From Candidatus Peregrinibacteria bacterium (GTDB taxonomy: Bacteria > Patescibacteriota > Gracilibacteria > UBA1369 > LOWO2-01-FULL-3): a DNA stretch of 64,000 nucleotides. The first letter of the stretch is position 1, and each line of letters opens with the position of its first letter. This document shows, piece after piece, positions 45,081-53,523 of the stretch. The notes under the pieces were generated by a model. That model had not been told where the DNA came from. It ran no database searches and was given only the letters and a program-made list of their open reading frames with translations. The position numbers were made by a program, and so were the translations under genes. The DNA lies in assembly GCA_026395515.1 (NCBI GenBank), contig JAPLYN010000006.1, forward strand, positions 12,844 to 76,843, written 5' to 3'.

Positions 45081-46370
45081 ATGGGTAAACTTTGGAAAAA
45101 ATCAGGCACCACTCTGCATCCCTTAGTTGAAAAATACACCGTCGGCACGGACTATATTCTCGATGCCAAATTAATGCCCTATGACATTCAGGCTACAAAA
45201 GCTCATGCCAAAGGACTTCAACAGATCGGAATTTTCAAAGCAGCAGAAATTCGCCGCATATTTTCCAGCCTAAATAGACTCGAAAGAGATTTCAAAAAGG
45301 GCCGTGTAAAAATCACCGTTCAAGATGAAGATTGCCACACGGTAATTGAAAATTATCTTACCAAGAAAATTAAAAAGCTTGGACTCAAGATTCACACTGG
45401 CAGAAGCCGAAATGATCAGGTTCTCACTGCCCTTCGTCTCTACATGAAAGATCATCTCAAAATGATACGTTCAAAGACGAAGAAACTCGCACGTGAGTTT
45501 CTCGATTTTGCTCAGAAATATCAGAACATGCCACTTCCAGGCTACAGTCATACTCAACAAGCCATGCTTTCAAGTGTAGGACATTACGCCTGCAGCATTT
45601 TGGAAAGCTTATTGGACGACATAGACTTCCTCGACTACACAATGCAGCACATTAATAAAAACCCGCTAGGAAGCGCTGCTGGTTTCGGTGTTTCTCTCAT
45701 GCTCGATCGCGAACTCACAGCTAAAGAGATGAGATTCCGTCATGTTCAAATAAATTCTCTCTACTGTCAGAATAGCCGTGGAAAATTTGAAAGCATCTAT
45801 TTGGAAAGTTTATCCCAAATAATGATGACCTTAAGTCGTTTTGCGACCGATCTATTACTTTTCACTTCTCAGGAATTTAATTTCTTTGAAGTAAAAAATA
45901 ATCTCGTCACCGGTTCCAGCATCATGCCGCAGAAAAGAAATCTCGATGCGATGGAATTATTGCGCGGATTTAACTCCGTAGTTCAAAGCAATCAGGCACA
46001 AATTAAAGATCTCGTTAAAGGGCTTATTTCAGGCTACAACCGCGATCTTCAATTGATTAAAAAACCATTATTTGAAAGCACAGACATTGTAATGGATAGC
46101 TTGGACGTTGTGGATTTATATCTCAAAGGAATCACTCCAAAAGAAGAATCCATTATGCAGAAAATTAATAAAAATATTTTCACCGCCGACCTTGCCATCA
46201 ATCTAGCAAAGAATAAAAAAATGCCTTTCAGGACTGCTTACCAGAAAGCCATGAAGCTCATTAAAAAGGAAAAAATCGATGTCAAAGAAAACCTAAAAAC
46301 CAAGATCAGTCTGGGAGCTCCAGGCAATCTCGATATTCAGCATTACAAGAATCGTCTCGCAAAATTATAA
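45081..46370 (+). CDS. argH: Argininosuccinate lyase
   Basis: ..HTGRSRNDQV.. and ..GSSIMPQKRN.. fumarate-lyase signature. Confidence 0.93.
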   Translation: MGKLWKKSGTTLHPLVEKYTVGTDYILDAKLMPYDIQATKAHAKGLQQIGIFKAAEIRRIFSSLNRLERDFKKGRVKITVQDEDCHTVIENYLTKKIKKLGLKIHTGRSRNDQVLTALRLYMKDHLKMIRSKTKKLAREFLDFAQKYQNMPLPGYSHTQQAMLSSVGHYACSILESLLDDIDFLDYTMQHINKNPLGSAAGFGVSLMLDRELTAKEMRFRHVQINSLYCQNSRGKFESIYLESLSQIMMTLSRFATDLLLFTSQEFNFFEVKNNLVTGSSIMPQKRNLDAMELLRGFNSVVQSNQAQIKDLVKGLISGYNRDLQLIKKPLFESTDIVMDSLDVVDLYLKGITPKEESIMQKINKNIFTADLAINLAKNKKMPFRTAYQKAMKLIKKEKIDVKENLKTKISLGAPGNLDIQHYKNRLAKL

Positions 46371-46373
46371 GCA

Positions 46374-47744
46374 CTATTTTCCCATCACTAGATCAGTGAT
46401 TCCGGAAAAATCGGCAAGCAATTTAACATTCAAAGTAATAATAATTACGGCCACGACCCACGCCAAAATTTTAATCCAAAGCTTATTAGCGAATTGGCCC
46501 ATTTTTCTCTTATCACTGGTAAAAATAATCAACGGCACAATTGCAAAAGGCAACTGCAAGCTAAGAATAACTTGGCTTAAAATAAGTAATTTAGCCGTCC
46601 CACTTTCACCATAAATAACAGTCACTAATACTGCAGGTATAATAGCAATCAACCTCGTAATTAAACGACGCAACCAAGGAGGCAAACGCAAATTCAAGAA
46701 CCCTTCCATCACAATTTGACCTGCAAGCGTACCAGTAAGCGTAGAATTCTGCCCTGAAGCTAAAAGAGCTACCGCAAAAAGCGTACTTGCAATCCCCACC
46801 CCTAAGGTAGGAGTCAACAATTGATAAGCCTGCTGAATTTCCGCTACCTCATGCTGGCCACTCGTAAAGAATGCTGCAGCAGAAACAATTAAAATTGCCG
46901 CATTAATAAATAAGGCAAACATCAAAGCAACAGTAGAATCAATTGTAGCGAATTTAACAGCTTCCCTTTTACCTTCAGTATCCAATTCGTACTTACGAGT
47001 CTGAACGATAGAAGAGTGTAAATAAAGATTATGTGGCATTACTGTAGCACCCAAAATTCCAATTGCTATAAAAAGCATTTCTGGATTTTTAATAATATCA
47101 AAAGATGGAACGAATCCCGCAAGCACAGGACCAATAGCCGGATTTGAAAAAATAATTTCAGCAAAGAAACACGCACCAACAGTTAACACCAAAGCAACCA
47201 CAAGCGCCTCTATATATCTAAAGCCTTTATTTTGTAAAAACAAAACCAACAACACATCAAGAGATGTGATACACACACCCCAAACCAAAGGAATACCAAA
47301 AAGTAAATTCAAAGCTATAGCTGAACCAATAACCTCCGCCAAATCACACGCTGCAATTGCCAACTCACACAAAACCCACAAACCAAAAGCCACAGGCTTC
47401 GAATAATGATCACGACAAGCCTGAGCCAAATCCCTACCAGTCACAATACCCAATTTTGCAGACAACGACTGCAGCAAAATTGCCATAAGATTAGAAATGA
47501 GAATTACACTAAGCAAAGTGTAACCAAAAGCTGATCCTCCGGCTAAGTCTGTCGCCCAATTTCCAGGATCCATATACCCTACCGCAACCAAATAACCAGG
47601 ACCGGCAAAAGCAAACATTTTACGCCAAAATCCTACTCCTTTCGGTATATGAATAGTTCGATTTACTTCTGATAAACTTGGGTTTCCGCTTTGCAATCTC
47701 CACACCGGTTCATCAGCTGATTGAGATCTAAAAAAGTTCTTCAT
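46374..47744 (-). CDS. mntH: NRAMP-family divalent metal (Mn2+/Fe2+) transporter
   Basis: ..[24 protein letters not shown].., 456 aa polytopic. Confidence 0.93.
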   Translation of the reverse strand: MKNFFRSQSADEPVWRLQSGNPSLSEVNRTIHIPKGVGFWRKMFAFAGPGYLVAVGYMDPGNWATDLAGGSAFGYTLLSVILISNLMAILLQSLSAKLGIVTGRDLAQACRDHYSKPVAFGLWVLCELAIAACDLAEVIGSAIALNLLFGIPLVWGVCITSLDVLLVLFLQNKGFRYIEALVVALVLTVGACFFAEIIFSNPAIGPVLAGFVPSFDIIKNPEMLFIAIGILGATVMPHNLYLHSSIVQTRKYELDTEGKREAVKFATIDSTVALMFALFINAAILIVSAAAFFTSGQHEVAEIQQAYQLLTPTLGVGIASTLFAVALLASGQNSTLTGTLAGQIVMEGFLNLRLPPWLRRLITRLIAIIPAVLVTVIYGESGTAKLLILSQVILSLQLPFAIVPLIIFTSDKRKMGQFANKLWIKILAWVVAVIIITLNVKLLADFSGITDLVMGK

Positions 47745-47760
47745 TTTATCTTTAATGACT

Positions 47761-47784
47761 AAATGTTAGGCTACACTAACTTTA
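47761..47784. promoter_or_regulatory. DtxR/MntR-type operator candidate in the mntH-mntR divergent region
   Basis: AAATGTTAG-GCTACA-CTAACTTTA imperfect palindrome (GTTAG at 47765-47769, CTAAC at 47776-47780), resembling the TTAGG..CCTAA iron/manganese boxes. Confidence 0.45.
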
Positions 47785-47841
47785 TTAATACACCCTTACT
47801 TTCACCTTGTCAATATCGATACCTAGAGATATTATACTCCC

Positions 47842-48222
47842 ATGGAACAGGAAGACTATTTAGAGACGATATACAAGCTAACCCTAGAGCAAGGATTAGT
47901 TCGTATTTCTGATATTGCCAAGATTTTAAAACTCAGCAAACCATCAGTTACTCAGATGATGCAGCGCCTTGAAAAAGATGAATGCGTAATCTATAAACCA
48001 TACTTACCTCTCAAGCTAACGGTAAAAGGCAAAAAGATTGGGAAAAAAGTTGCTGAGAGACACGAAGTCCTCGCCGAATTATTAACAATTCTTGATATTC
48101 CGGAGAACATTCAGGAAAAAGATATTCACGGAATCGAGCACAGCCTAAGCCAAATAACCCTAGATCGCCTCCGTCAAACAGCCAAATTCCTCAAAGAGAA
48201 AAAATTCAAACCTAAGATTTGA
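47842..48222 (+). CDS. mntR: DtxR-family metal-dependent transcriptional regulator
   Basis: MEQEDYLETIYKL....G.VRISDIAKILKLSKPSVTQMMQRLEKDE.., 126 aa. Confidence 0.88.
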   Translation: MEQEDYLETIYKLTLEQGLVRISDIAKILKLSKPSVTQMMQRLEKDECVIYKPYLPLKLTVKGKKIGKKVAERHEVLAELLTILDIPENIQEKDIHGIEHSLSQITLDRLRQTAKFLKEKKFKPKI

Positions 48223-48254
48223 CACTCCAAACACCTCTCTGTTATACATAAGCC

Positions 48255-48308
48255 ATGAACGCAGCAAAAATTATTATCACGACTACTACAACCACTACAA
48301 TTATGTAG
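48255..48308 (+). CDS. thrL: Thr/Ile-rich leader peptide (17 aa)
   Basis: Hand translation gives MNAAKIIITTTTTTTIM*, with 7 consecutive Thr flanked by Ile. Confidence 0.8.
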   Translation: MNAAKIIITTTTTTTIM

Positions 48309-48335
48309 ATGGAGTCTTGGTAATACACTCATTAC

Positions 48336-48365
48336 ACCGACTCCAAAGTAGTCGGTTATTTTTTT
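48336..48365 (+). terminator. thr attenuator terminator
   Basis: ACCGACT-CCAAAGT-AGTCGGT then TATTTTTTT. The upstream GGAGTC (48311-48316) can pair with GACTCC (48339-48344) as an antiterminator. Confidence 0.8.
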
Positions 48366-48375
48366 ATTCAAAATT

Positions 48376-50181
48376 ATGGAAAATTCTCAAAAAATAGAGA
48401 TATGGACAGATACAGATGGACTAATGACAGCCAATCCTAGAAAAGTAAAAAAAGCCTTTCCTATCAAGGAAATAAGTTACATTGAAGCAATGGAAATGTG
48501 TCATTTCGGAGTAAAAATAATTCACCCAACAGTAATCCAAGAAGCCCAAAGAAAAAACATTCCAATAGTAATTAAAAACAGGCTAAATCCTGATTTCCCT
48601 GGAACAGTTATTAGCAAAAAAACTAATCACAATTTCATCATCCAGGGAATTTCCTCTATTTCAGACATAGCGCTTCTACGTTTACAAGGTAGTGGAATGG
48701 TAGGAGTACCGGGAGTTTCAAAAAGACTTTTTGGCGCACTTTCCAATGAAAAAATAAATATCATTTTAATCAGTCAGGCATCTTCCGAACACTCAATCTG
48801 CTTCGCCGTAGAACCAAATTCAGCCGAACAAGCAAAAAGCGCCATTGAATCAGAATTTTCAGAAGAAATAAAAAACAATCAGATAGATCCAGTCTTTATC
48901 GAAAAAAATCTTTCTATCATCGCCATCGTAGGCGAAAATATGCGCCACACACCTGGTATCTCCGCCAAACTATTTTCTGCTCTCGGAAAAAACGGCATCA
49001 ATATTTCCGCTATTGCTCAAGGATCCTCCGAGCTAAACATTTCCACAGTAATCTCAAAATCAGATGAAAATAAAGCTCTCAATGCCATTCATGATGCCTT
49101 CTTCCTCTCCGGCACAAAAACTTTAAATTTATTTTTCTTCGGCTGCGGACAAATTGGCAAAACAATACTCAAACAAATTTCAGAACAAAGTGAATTTCTT
49201 CAAAATGAAAAGCTTTTAGAAATGAAAATTACAGGTCTAGCGAATAGCAAAAAGATGATCTTATCAGAACAAGGAATTGACCTAAGCAATTGGCAAAATT
49301 CTCTAGAAAATGGTGATCCAAGCAATGCCGAATCCTTCACCGCAAAAATGATTAAACTCAATCTGCCAAATAGTGTTTTTATTGACTGCACAAGCAATGA
49401 AGAAATCACAAAGTTTTACGAAAAAATTCTCAAAGAAAGTATTTCTATTGTCACACCAAACAAAAAGGCTAATTCCCGCGACCTTAAAACTTATAAAAAA
49501 TTAAAAGAAGCAGCCAAAAAATCCAATATCAAATTTCTCTACGAAACAAACGTGGGAGCTGGATTACCAATCATCAATACACTACAAGATCTCCTCTACA
49601 GTGGAGATAAAATAATTAAAATCGAAGCAGTTCTATCAGGAACCCTCAGCTACATTTTCAATTCCTTCACCGGAGAAAAACCATTCAGTGAAATCGTCCT
49701 AGAAGCTCAAAAAAAAGGCTACACAGAACCAGATCCGCGCGATGACTTAAACGGTTTAGATGTCGCAAGAAAATTATTAATTCTCAGTCGCGAAATTGGA
49801 CTACCCCTAGAAATGGAAGATATTGAAGTCGAAAATTTAGTACCGGAAGATTGCAGACAAACATCAAACTTAGAAGATTTTTTTGCAAAACTTTCTACAC
49901 ATAATTATGACTACGCAGAAAAACTTTCCAAAGCAAAATCAGAAGAAAAACGTCTCTGCTACATCTCGAAAATAGAAAACAATAAAGCCAGCGTAAAACT
50001 TGAAACCATAAACAAAAATCATCCATTTAACAGCCTGTCGGGAAGCGACAACATAGTTTCATTCACGACCACACGCTACCTCGAAAGACCACTAGTAATT
50101 AAAGGCCCTGGAGCCGGAGCAGAAGTTACGGCCGCAGGAGTATTTGCAGATGTAATTAGAATAGCAAATTACCTCAACTAA
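48376..50181 (+). CDS. thrA: Homoserine dehydrogenase with ACT domains and only the C-terminal remnant of the aspartokinase domain (N-terminally truncated ThrA-like)
   Basis: It starts at ..EIWTDTDGLMTANPRKV..ISYIEAMEM.HFG.KIIHP.., which corresponds to around residue 225 of bifunctional AK-HSDH. ACT-like repeats follow, then GCGQIGKT NAD-binding and the HSDH catalytic domain. Confidence 0.8.
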   Translation: MENSQKIEIWTDTDGLMTANPRKVKKAFPIKEISYIEAMEMCHFGVKIIHPTVIQEAQRKNIPIVIKNRLNPDFPGTVISKKTNHNFIIQGISSISDIALLRLQGSGMVGVPGVSKRLFGALSNEKINIILISQASSEHSICFAVEPNSAEQAKSAIESEFSEEIKNNQIDPVFIEKNLSIIAIVGENMRHTPGISAKLFSALGKNGINISAIAQGSSELNISTVISKSDENKALNAIHDAFFLSGTKTLNLFFFGCGQIGKTILKQISEQSEFLQNEKLLEMKITGLANSKKMILSEQGIDLSNWQNSLENGDPSNAESFTAKMIKLNLPNSVFIDCTSNEEITKFYEKILKESISIVTPNKKANSRDLKTYKKLKEAAKKSNIKFLYETNVGAGLPIINTLQDLLYSGDKIIKIEAVLSGTLSYIFNSFTGEKPFSEIVLEAQKKGYTEPDPRDDLNGLDVARKLLILSREIGLPLEMEDIEVENLVPEDCRQTSNLEDFFAKLSTHNYDYAEKLSKAKSEEKRLCYISKIENNKASVKLETINKNHPFNSLSGSDNIVSFTTTRYLERPLVIKGPGAGAEVTAAGVFADVIRIANYLN

Positions 50182-50182
50182 C

Positions 50183-50857
50183 ATGAGAATCACAAAAAAT
50201 TCATTCGAAAACAAGCTAGCCAACAACGAACTTGTAATAAGTATAATTGGAATGTCCAACATAGGGAAAACCCATTGGTCAAAAAAATTAAAAGACTCAG
50301 ATTTTGAACACAAATGCTGTGACGATTTAATAGAAAAAATTCTCGAACCAGAGCTACAAGCTCTCGGATATAAAGGCTTGGCAGATTTAGCAAAATGGCT
50401 TGGCTATCCATATGAAGACAAATTCATGGTTAACCAACAACAATATATTCAACACGAATGTAACGTCATGGAAAACATTCTTAAAGAATTAGATAAAAGA
50501 AAAACTAAAAATATTACCATCGATACCACAGGAAGCGTAATCTATACCGGCGACTACATCTGCAAAAGACTAAAAGAAAAAAGCCTAATCATATTCATTG
50601 AATCAACTCCTCAAATGCAGACCGAAATGTTTCAGCGATTTCTGAGCAATCCTAAGCCAATAGTTTGGGCTCATAGTTTTACAAAAAAAGAGAAGGAGGA
50701 CAATATGGCAGCGCTCAAACGTTGCTACCCAGAGCTTTTAAAATATCGTACCAGCCAATACCGCAGACATGCAGACATCATTATCCCTTACAAAAGAATT
50801 GAACGAGATTTATCCTCAGAACAATTTTTAGAATTAATAAAAAGCTACCTACGATAA
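50183..50857 (+). CDS. P-loop kinase-like protein occupying the thrB position
   Basis: Walker A GMSNIGKT near the N-terminus, 224 aa. It is tightly packed between the thrA-like gene (1-nt gap) and thrC (1-nt gap). Confidence 0.6.
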   Translation: MRITKNSFENKLANNELVISIIGMSNIGKTHWSKKLKDSDFEHKCCDDLIEKILEPELQALGYKGLADLAKWLGYPYEDKFMVNQQQYIQHECNVMENILKELDKRKTKNITIDTTGSVIYTGDYICKRLKEKSLIIFIESTPQMQTEMFQRFLSNPKPIVWAHSFTKKEKEDNMAALKRCYPELLKYRTSQYRRHADIIIPYKRIERDLSSEQFLELIKSYLR

Positions 50858-50858
50858 T

Positions 50859-52178
50859 ATGAAATTATTCAGTACAAATAGAAAAGCAGATCCTAAATTT
50901 TTACCGCCACTAGCCACATTCGAAAAAGCTGTAATGCAAGGCCTTGCCGAAGATGGAGGACTTTTCATGCCTACGGAAATACCAACACTTCCAAAAGATT
51001 TCTTTGAAAAAATTTCAATCTTAAGCCTTCCAGAAATTTCTTTTGAAGTAGCGAAAACTTTACTACAAGAAGACATTCCAGAAAAAGATCTCAGAAAAAT
51101 AATAGATGAAAGCATTAATTTTGATGCACCTCTTAAGCAAGTCGTGGAAAATATATTTTCTTTAGAACTATTCCACGGCCCTACTCTCGCCTTCAAAGAT
51201 TTTGGCGCCAGATTTATGGCACGCATCATGTCGTATTTCATCAATAAATCTGACAAAAAAATCACCATAATAGTTGCGACATCTGGAGATACCGGAAGCG
51301 CTGTAGCAAGCGGCGTATACAATGTGCCGGGAATAAGAGTTTTTCTTCTTTATCCAAGTGGAAAAGTAAGCAAAATACAAGAACAACAACTCACCACCAT
51401 GGGCGGAAATATTCACGCTCTAGAAATTGATGGAACTTTCGATGATTGCCAAAGGTTAGTAAAAACTGCTTTCGTTGATAAAGAATTGAAAACTATTTTT
51501 GCCGAAAATAACGATTCTCTCGGTTCAGCCAATTCAATAAACATTGCCAGACTAATCCCCCAATCTTTTTATTATTTCTACGCTTATGCTCAATTGAAAA
51601 ACAAAGACTATGCAGTTTTCTCTATACCAAGCGGAAATCTTGGGAACTTAACTGCAGGATTAATTGCGAAAAAAATGGGACTCCCAATAAAAAAATTCAT
51701 CGCAGCAAATAATTCCAACAATTCATTCACGGAATATTTACACACAGGAAATTTCACAGCCAAAGCCTCAGTCACTACAATTTCCAATGCTATGGACGTA
51801 GGCAATCCCAGTAACTTCGTCCGCATCCTCGAACTCTACGAAAACAATTTAGAAAAAATTCGACAAGACATATCTTCTGCTGACTTTTCAGATGAAAAAA
51901 CTGCCGCAGCCATTAAAGAAGTTTATGAAAAATATCACTACACTATGGATCCCCACGGAGCTGTCGCCTATCTCGGATTAAAAACTTTCTCCCCTTGCGG
52001 AATATTTTTTGAGACAGCACATCCAGCAAAATTTCTAGATGTAGTTGAACCTATCATCGGAACAAAAATTCAAATCCCAGAACGCCTAGCTTCCTGTCTC
52101 ACTAAAACAAAAGTCACCACAAAACTATCCAAAGAATTCCAAGATTTTAAAAATTTTTTAGCCAAAAACGCTAAATAA
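50859..52178 (+). CDS. thrC: Threonine synthase
   Basis: ..GGLFMP..IP... and FHGPTLAFKDFG (PLP lysine), 439 aa. Confidence 0.93.
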   Translation: MKLFSTNRKADPKFLPPLATFEKAVMQGLAEDGGLFMPTEIPTLPKDFFEKISILSLPEISFEVAKTLLQEDIPEKDLRKIIDESINFDAPLKQVVENIFSLELFHGPTLAFKDFGARFMARIMSYFINKSDKKITIIVATSGDTGSAVASGVYNVPGIRVFLLYPSGKVSKIQEQQLTTMGGNIHALEIDGTFDDCQRLVKTAFVDKELKTIFAENNDSLGSANSINIARLIPQSFYYFYAYAQLKNKDYAVFSIPSGNLGNLTAGLIAKKMGLPIKKFIAANNSNNSFTEYLHTGNFTAKASVTTISNAMDVGNPSNFVRILELYENNLEKIRQDISSADFSDEKTAAAIKEVYEKYHYTMDPHGAVAYLGLKTFSPCGIFFETAHPAKFLDVVEPIIGTKIQIPERLASCLTKTKVTTKLSKEFQDFKNFLAKNAK

Positions 52179-52220
52179 TGTTAAATTGGACCATAGACGT
52201 ACTAATTAACAACAACAGAT

Positions 52221-52820
52221 ATGGCACACACACTTCCAGCCCTTCCATACGCTTACGATGCCTTGGAACCACATATAGACGCTCGTACAATGGAAATCCA
52301 CCACACTAAGCACCACCAAACATACGTTGATAAATTAAATGCTGCACTTTCAAAATATCCAGAGCTCGCTGACAAACCATTAGATGAACTTCTAAAAGAT
52401 CTAAATGTGGTTCCAGAAGATATTCGCACAGCAGTAAGAAATCACGGAGGAGGACACTACAATCACTCCATGTTTTGGAAAATAATGGCTCCAAATGCAG
52501 GAGGCCAACCATCTGGAAAACTTGCAGAAATGATTACAACAAAATTTGGTAGCTTTGATAAATTAAAAGAAGAATTCAATACAGCAGCTGCAAACAGATT
52601 TGGTAGTGGCTGGGCTTGGCTTTCAATCGATAAAACAGGCGCTCTAGTAGTAACATCTTCAGCAAATCAAGATTGTCCCCTATCAGATGGCCTAAAACCA
52701 ATTCTCTGTCTCGACGTTTGGGAACATGCCTACTATCTCAACTACCAAAATCGTCGTCCGGATTACATGAATGCTTGGTGGAATGTAGTAAGTTGGAGCG
52801 AAGTAGAAAAAGGAATATAA
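52221..52820 (+). CDS. sodA: Fe/Mn superoxide dismutase
   Basis: [31 protein letters not shown]...[16 protein letters not shown]. Confidence 0.95.
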   Translation: MAHTLPALPYAYDALEPHIDARTMEIHHTKHHQTYVDKLNAALSKYPELADKPLDELLKDLNVVPEDIRTAVRNHGGGHYNHSMFWKIMAPNAGGQPSGKLAEMITTKFGSFDKLKEEFNTAAANRFGSGWAWLSIDKTGALVVTSSANQDCPLSDGLKPILCLDVWEHAYYLNYQNRRPDYMNAWWNVVSWSEVEKGI

Positions 52821-52893
52821 ATTTTCCTCATCAATTTGCCAAAAACAGAATTGCTAGTAGAATAAAGAGCGATTATTAAATACTAATGACTAT

Positions 52894-53523
52894 ATGATTT
52901 ACGCACTTTTAATTCTAGCTGTTTTAGCAGTAATGGTTGTGAGCGTTTACAATGGAGTAATTACTCTAAAGAATAAAGTTGAAGAAGCTTGGGCAGATAT
53001 AGATACTCAACTCAAGAGACGTTATGATCTAATTCCAAATTTAGTTGAGACTGTAAAAGGTTATGCTGGACATGAAGCTCAAACTCTAGAAAAAGTTATT
53101 CAAGCTCGTAATAGTGCCATGAATGCAAAATCTCTTCCAGAGAAGGAAGCGGCTGAAAACATGATGACTGGAGCTTTGAAAACAATTTTTGCTTTATCCG
53201 AAAGCTATCCTGACTTGAAAGCAAATCAGAACTTTATGGATCTTCAAAATACTCTCAAAGAAATTGAAGAACATATTCAACTTTCTCGTCGTTATTACAA
53301 TGCTACAGTTCGTGATCTCAATACTAAGCTCGAAGTATTCCCAAATAACGTCATTGCTGGACCTCTAGGATTAAACAAAAAAGAATTCTTCCAAGCAAAC
53401 GAAGGAGAAAAAGAAAATGTTAAAGTAAGTTTCACTCCTGCAGCACCAGCGCCTACACCAGTTGCGCCATCTGCGCCTGCAACTCCTGCTGCTCCAACAA
53501 CACCAGAGCAACCAAAGCAATAA
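52894..53523 (+). CDS. lemA: LemA-family membrane protein
   Basis: N-terminal TM segment, ..AWADIDTQLKRRYDLIPNLVETVKGYA.HE...L..V..AR.., with a Pro/Ala-rich tail. Confidence 0.88.
   Translation: MIYALLILAVLAVMVVSVYNGVITLKNKVEEAWADIDTQLKRRYDLIPNLVETVKGYAGHEAQTLEKVIQARNSAMNAKSLPEKEAAENMMTGALKTIFALSESYPDLKANQNFMDLQNTLKEIEEHIQLSRRYYNATVRDLNTKLEVFPNNVIAGPLGLNKKEFFQANEGEKENVKVSFTPAAPAPTPVAPSAPATPAAPTTPEQPKQ

Noticed and set aside
48174-48371. A 65-aa minus-strand ORF between mntR and the thrA-like gene.
   Set aside because: The region is better explained by the plus-strand Thr leader peptide, antiterminator and terminator. The ORF is the antisense reading of that attenuator.
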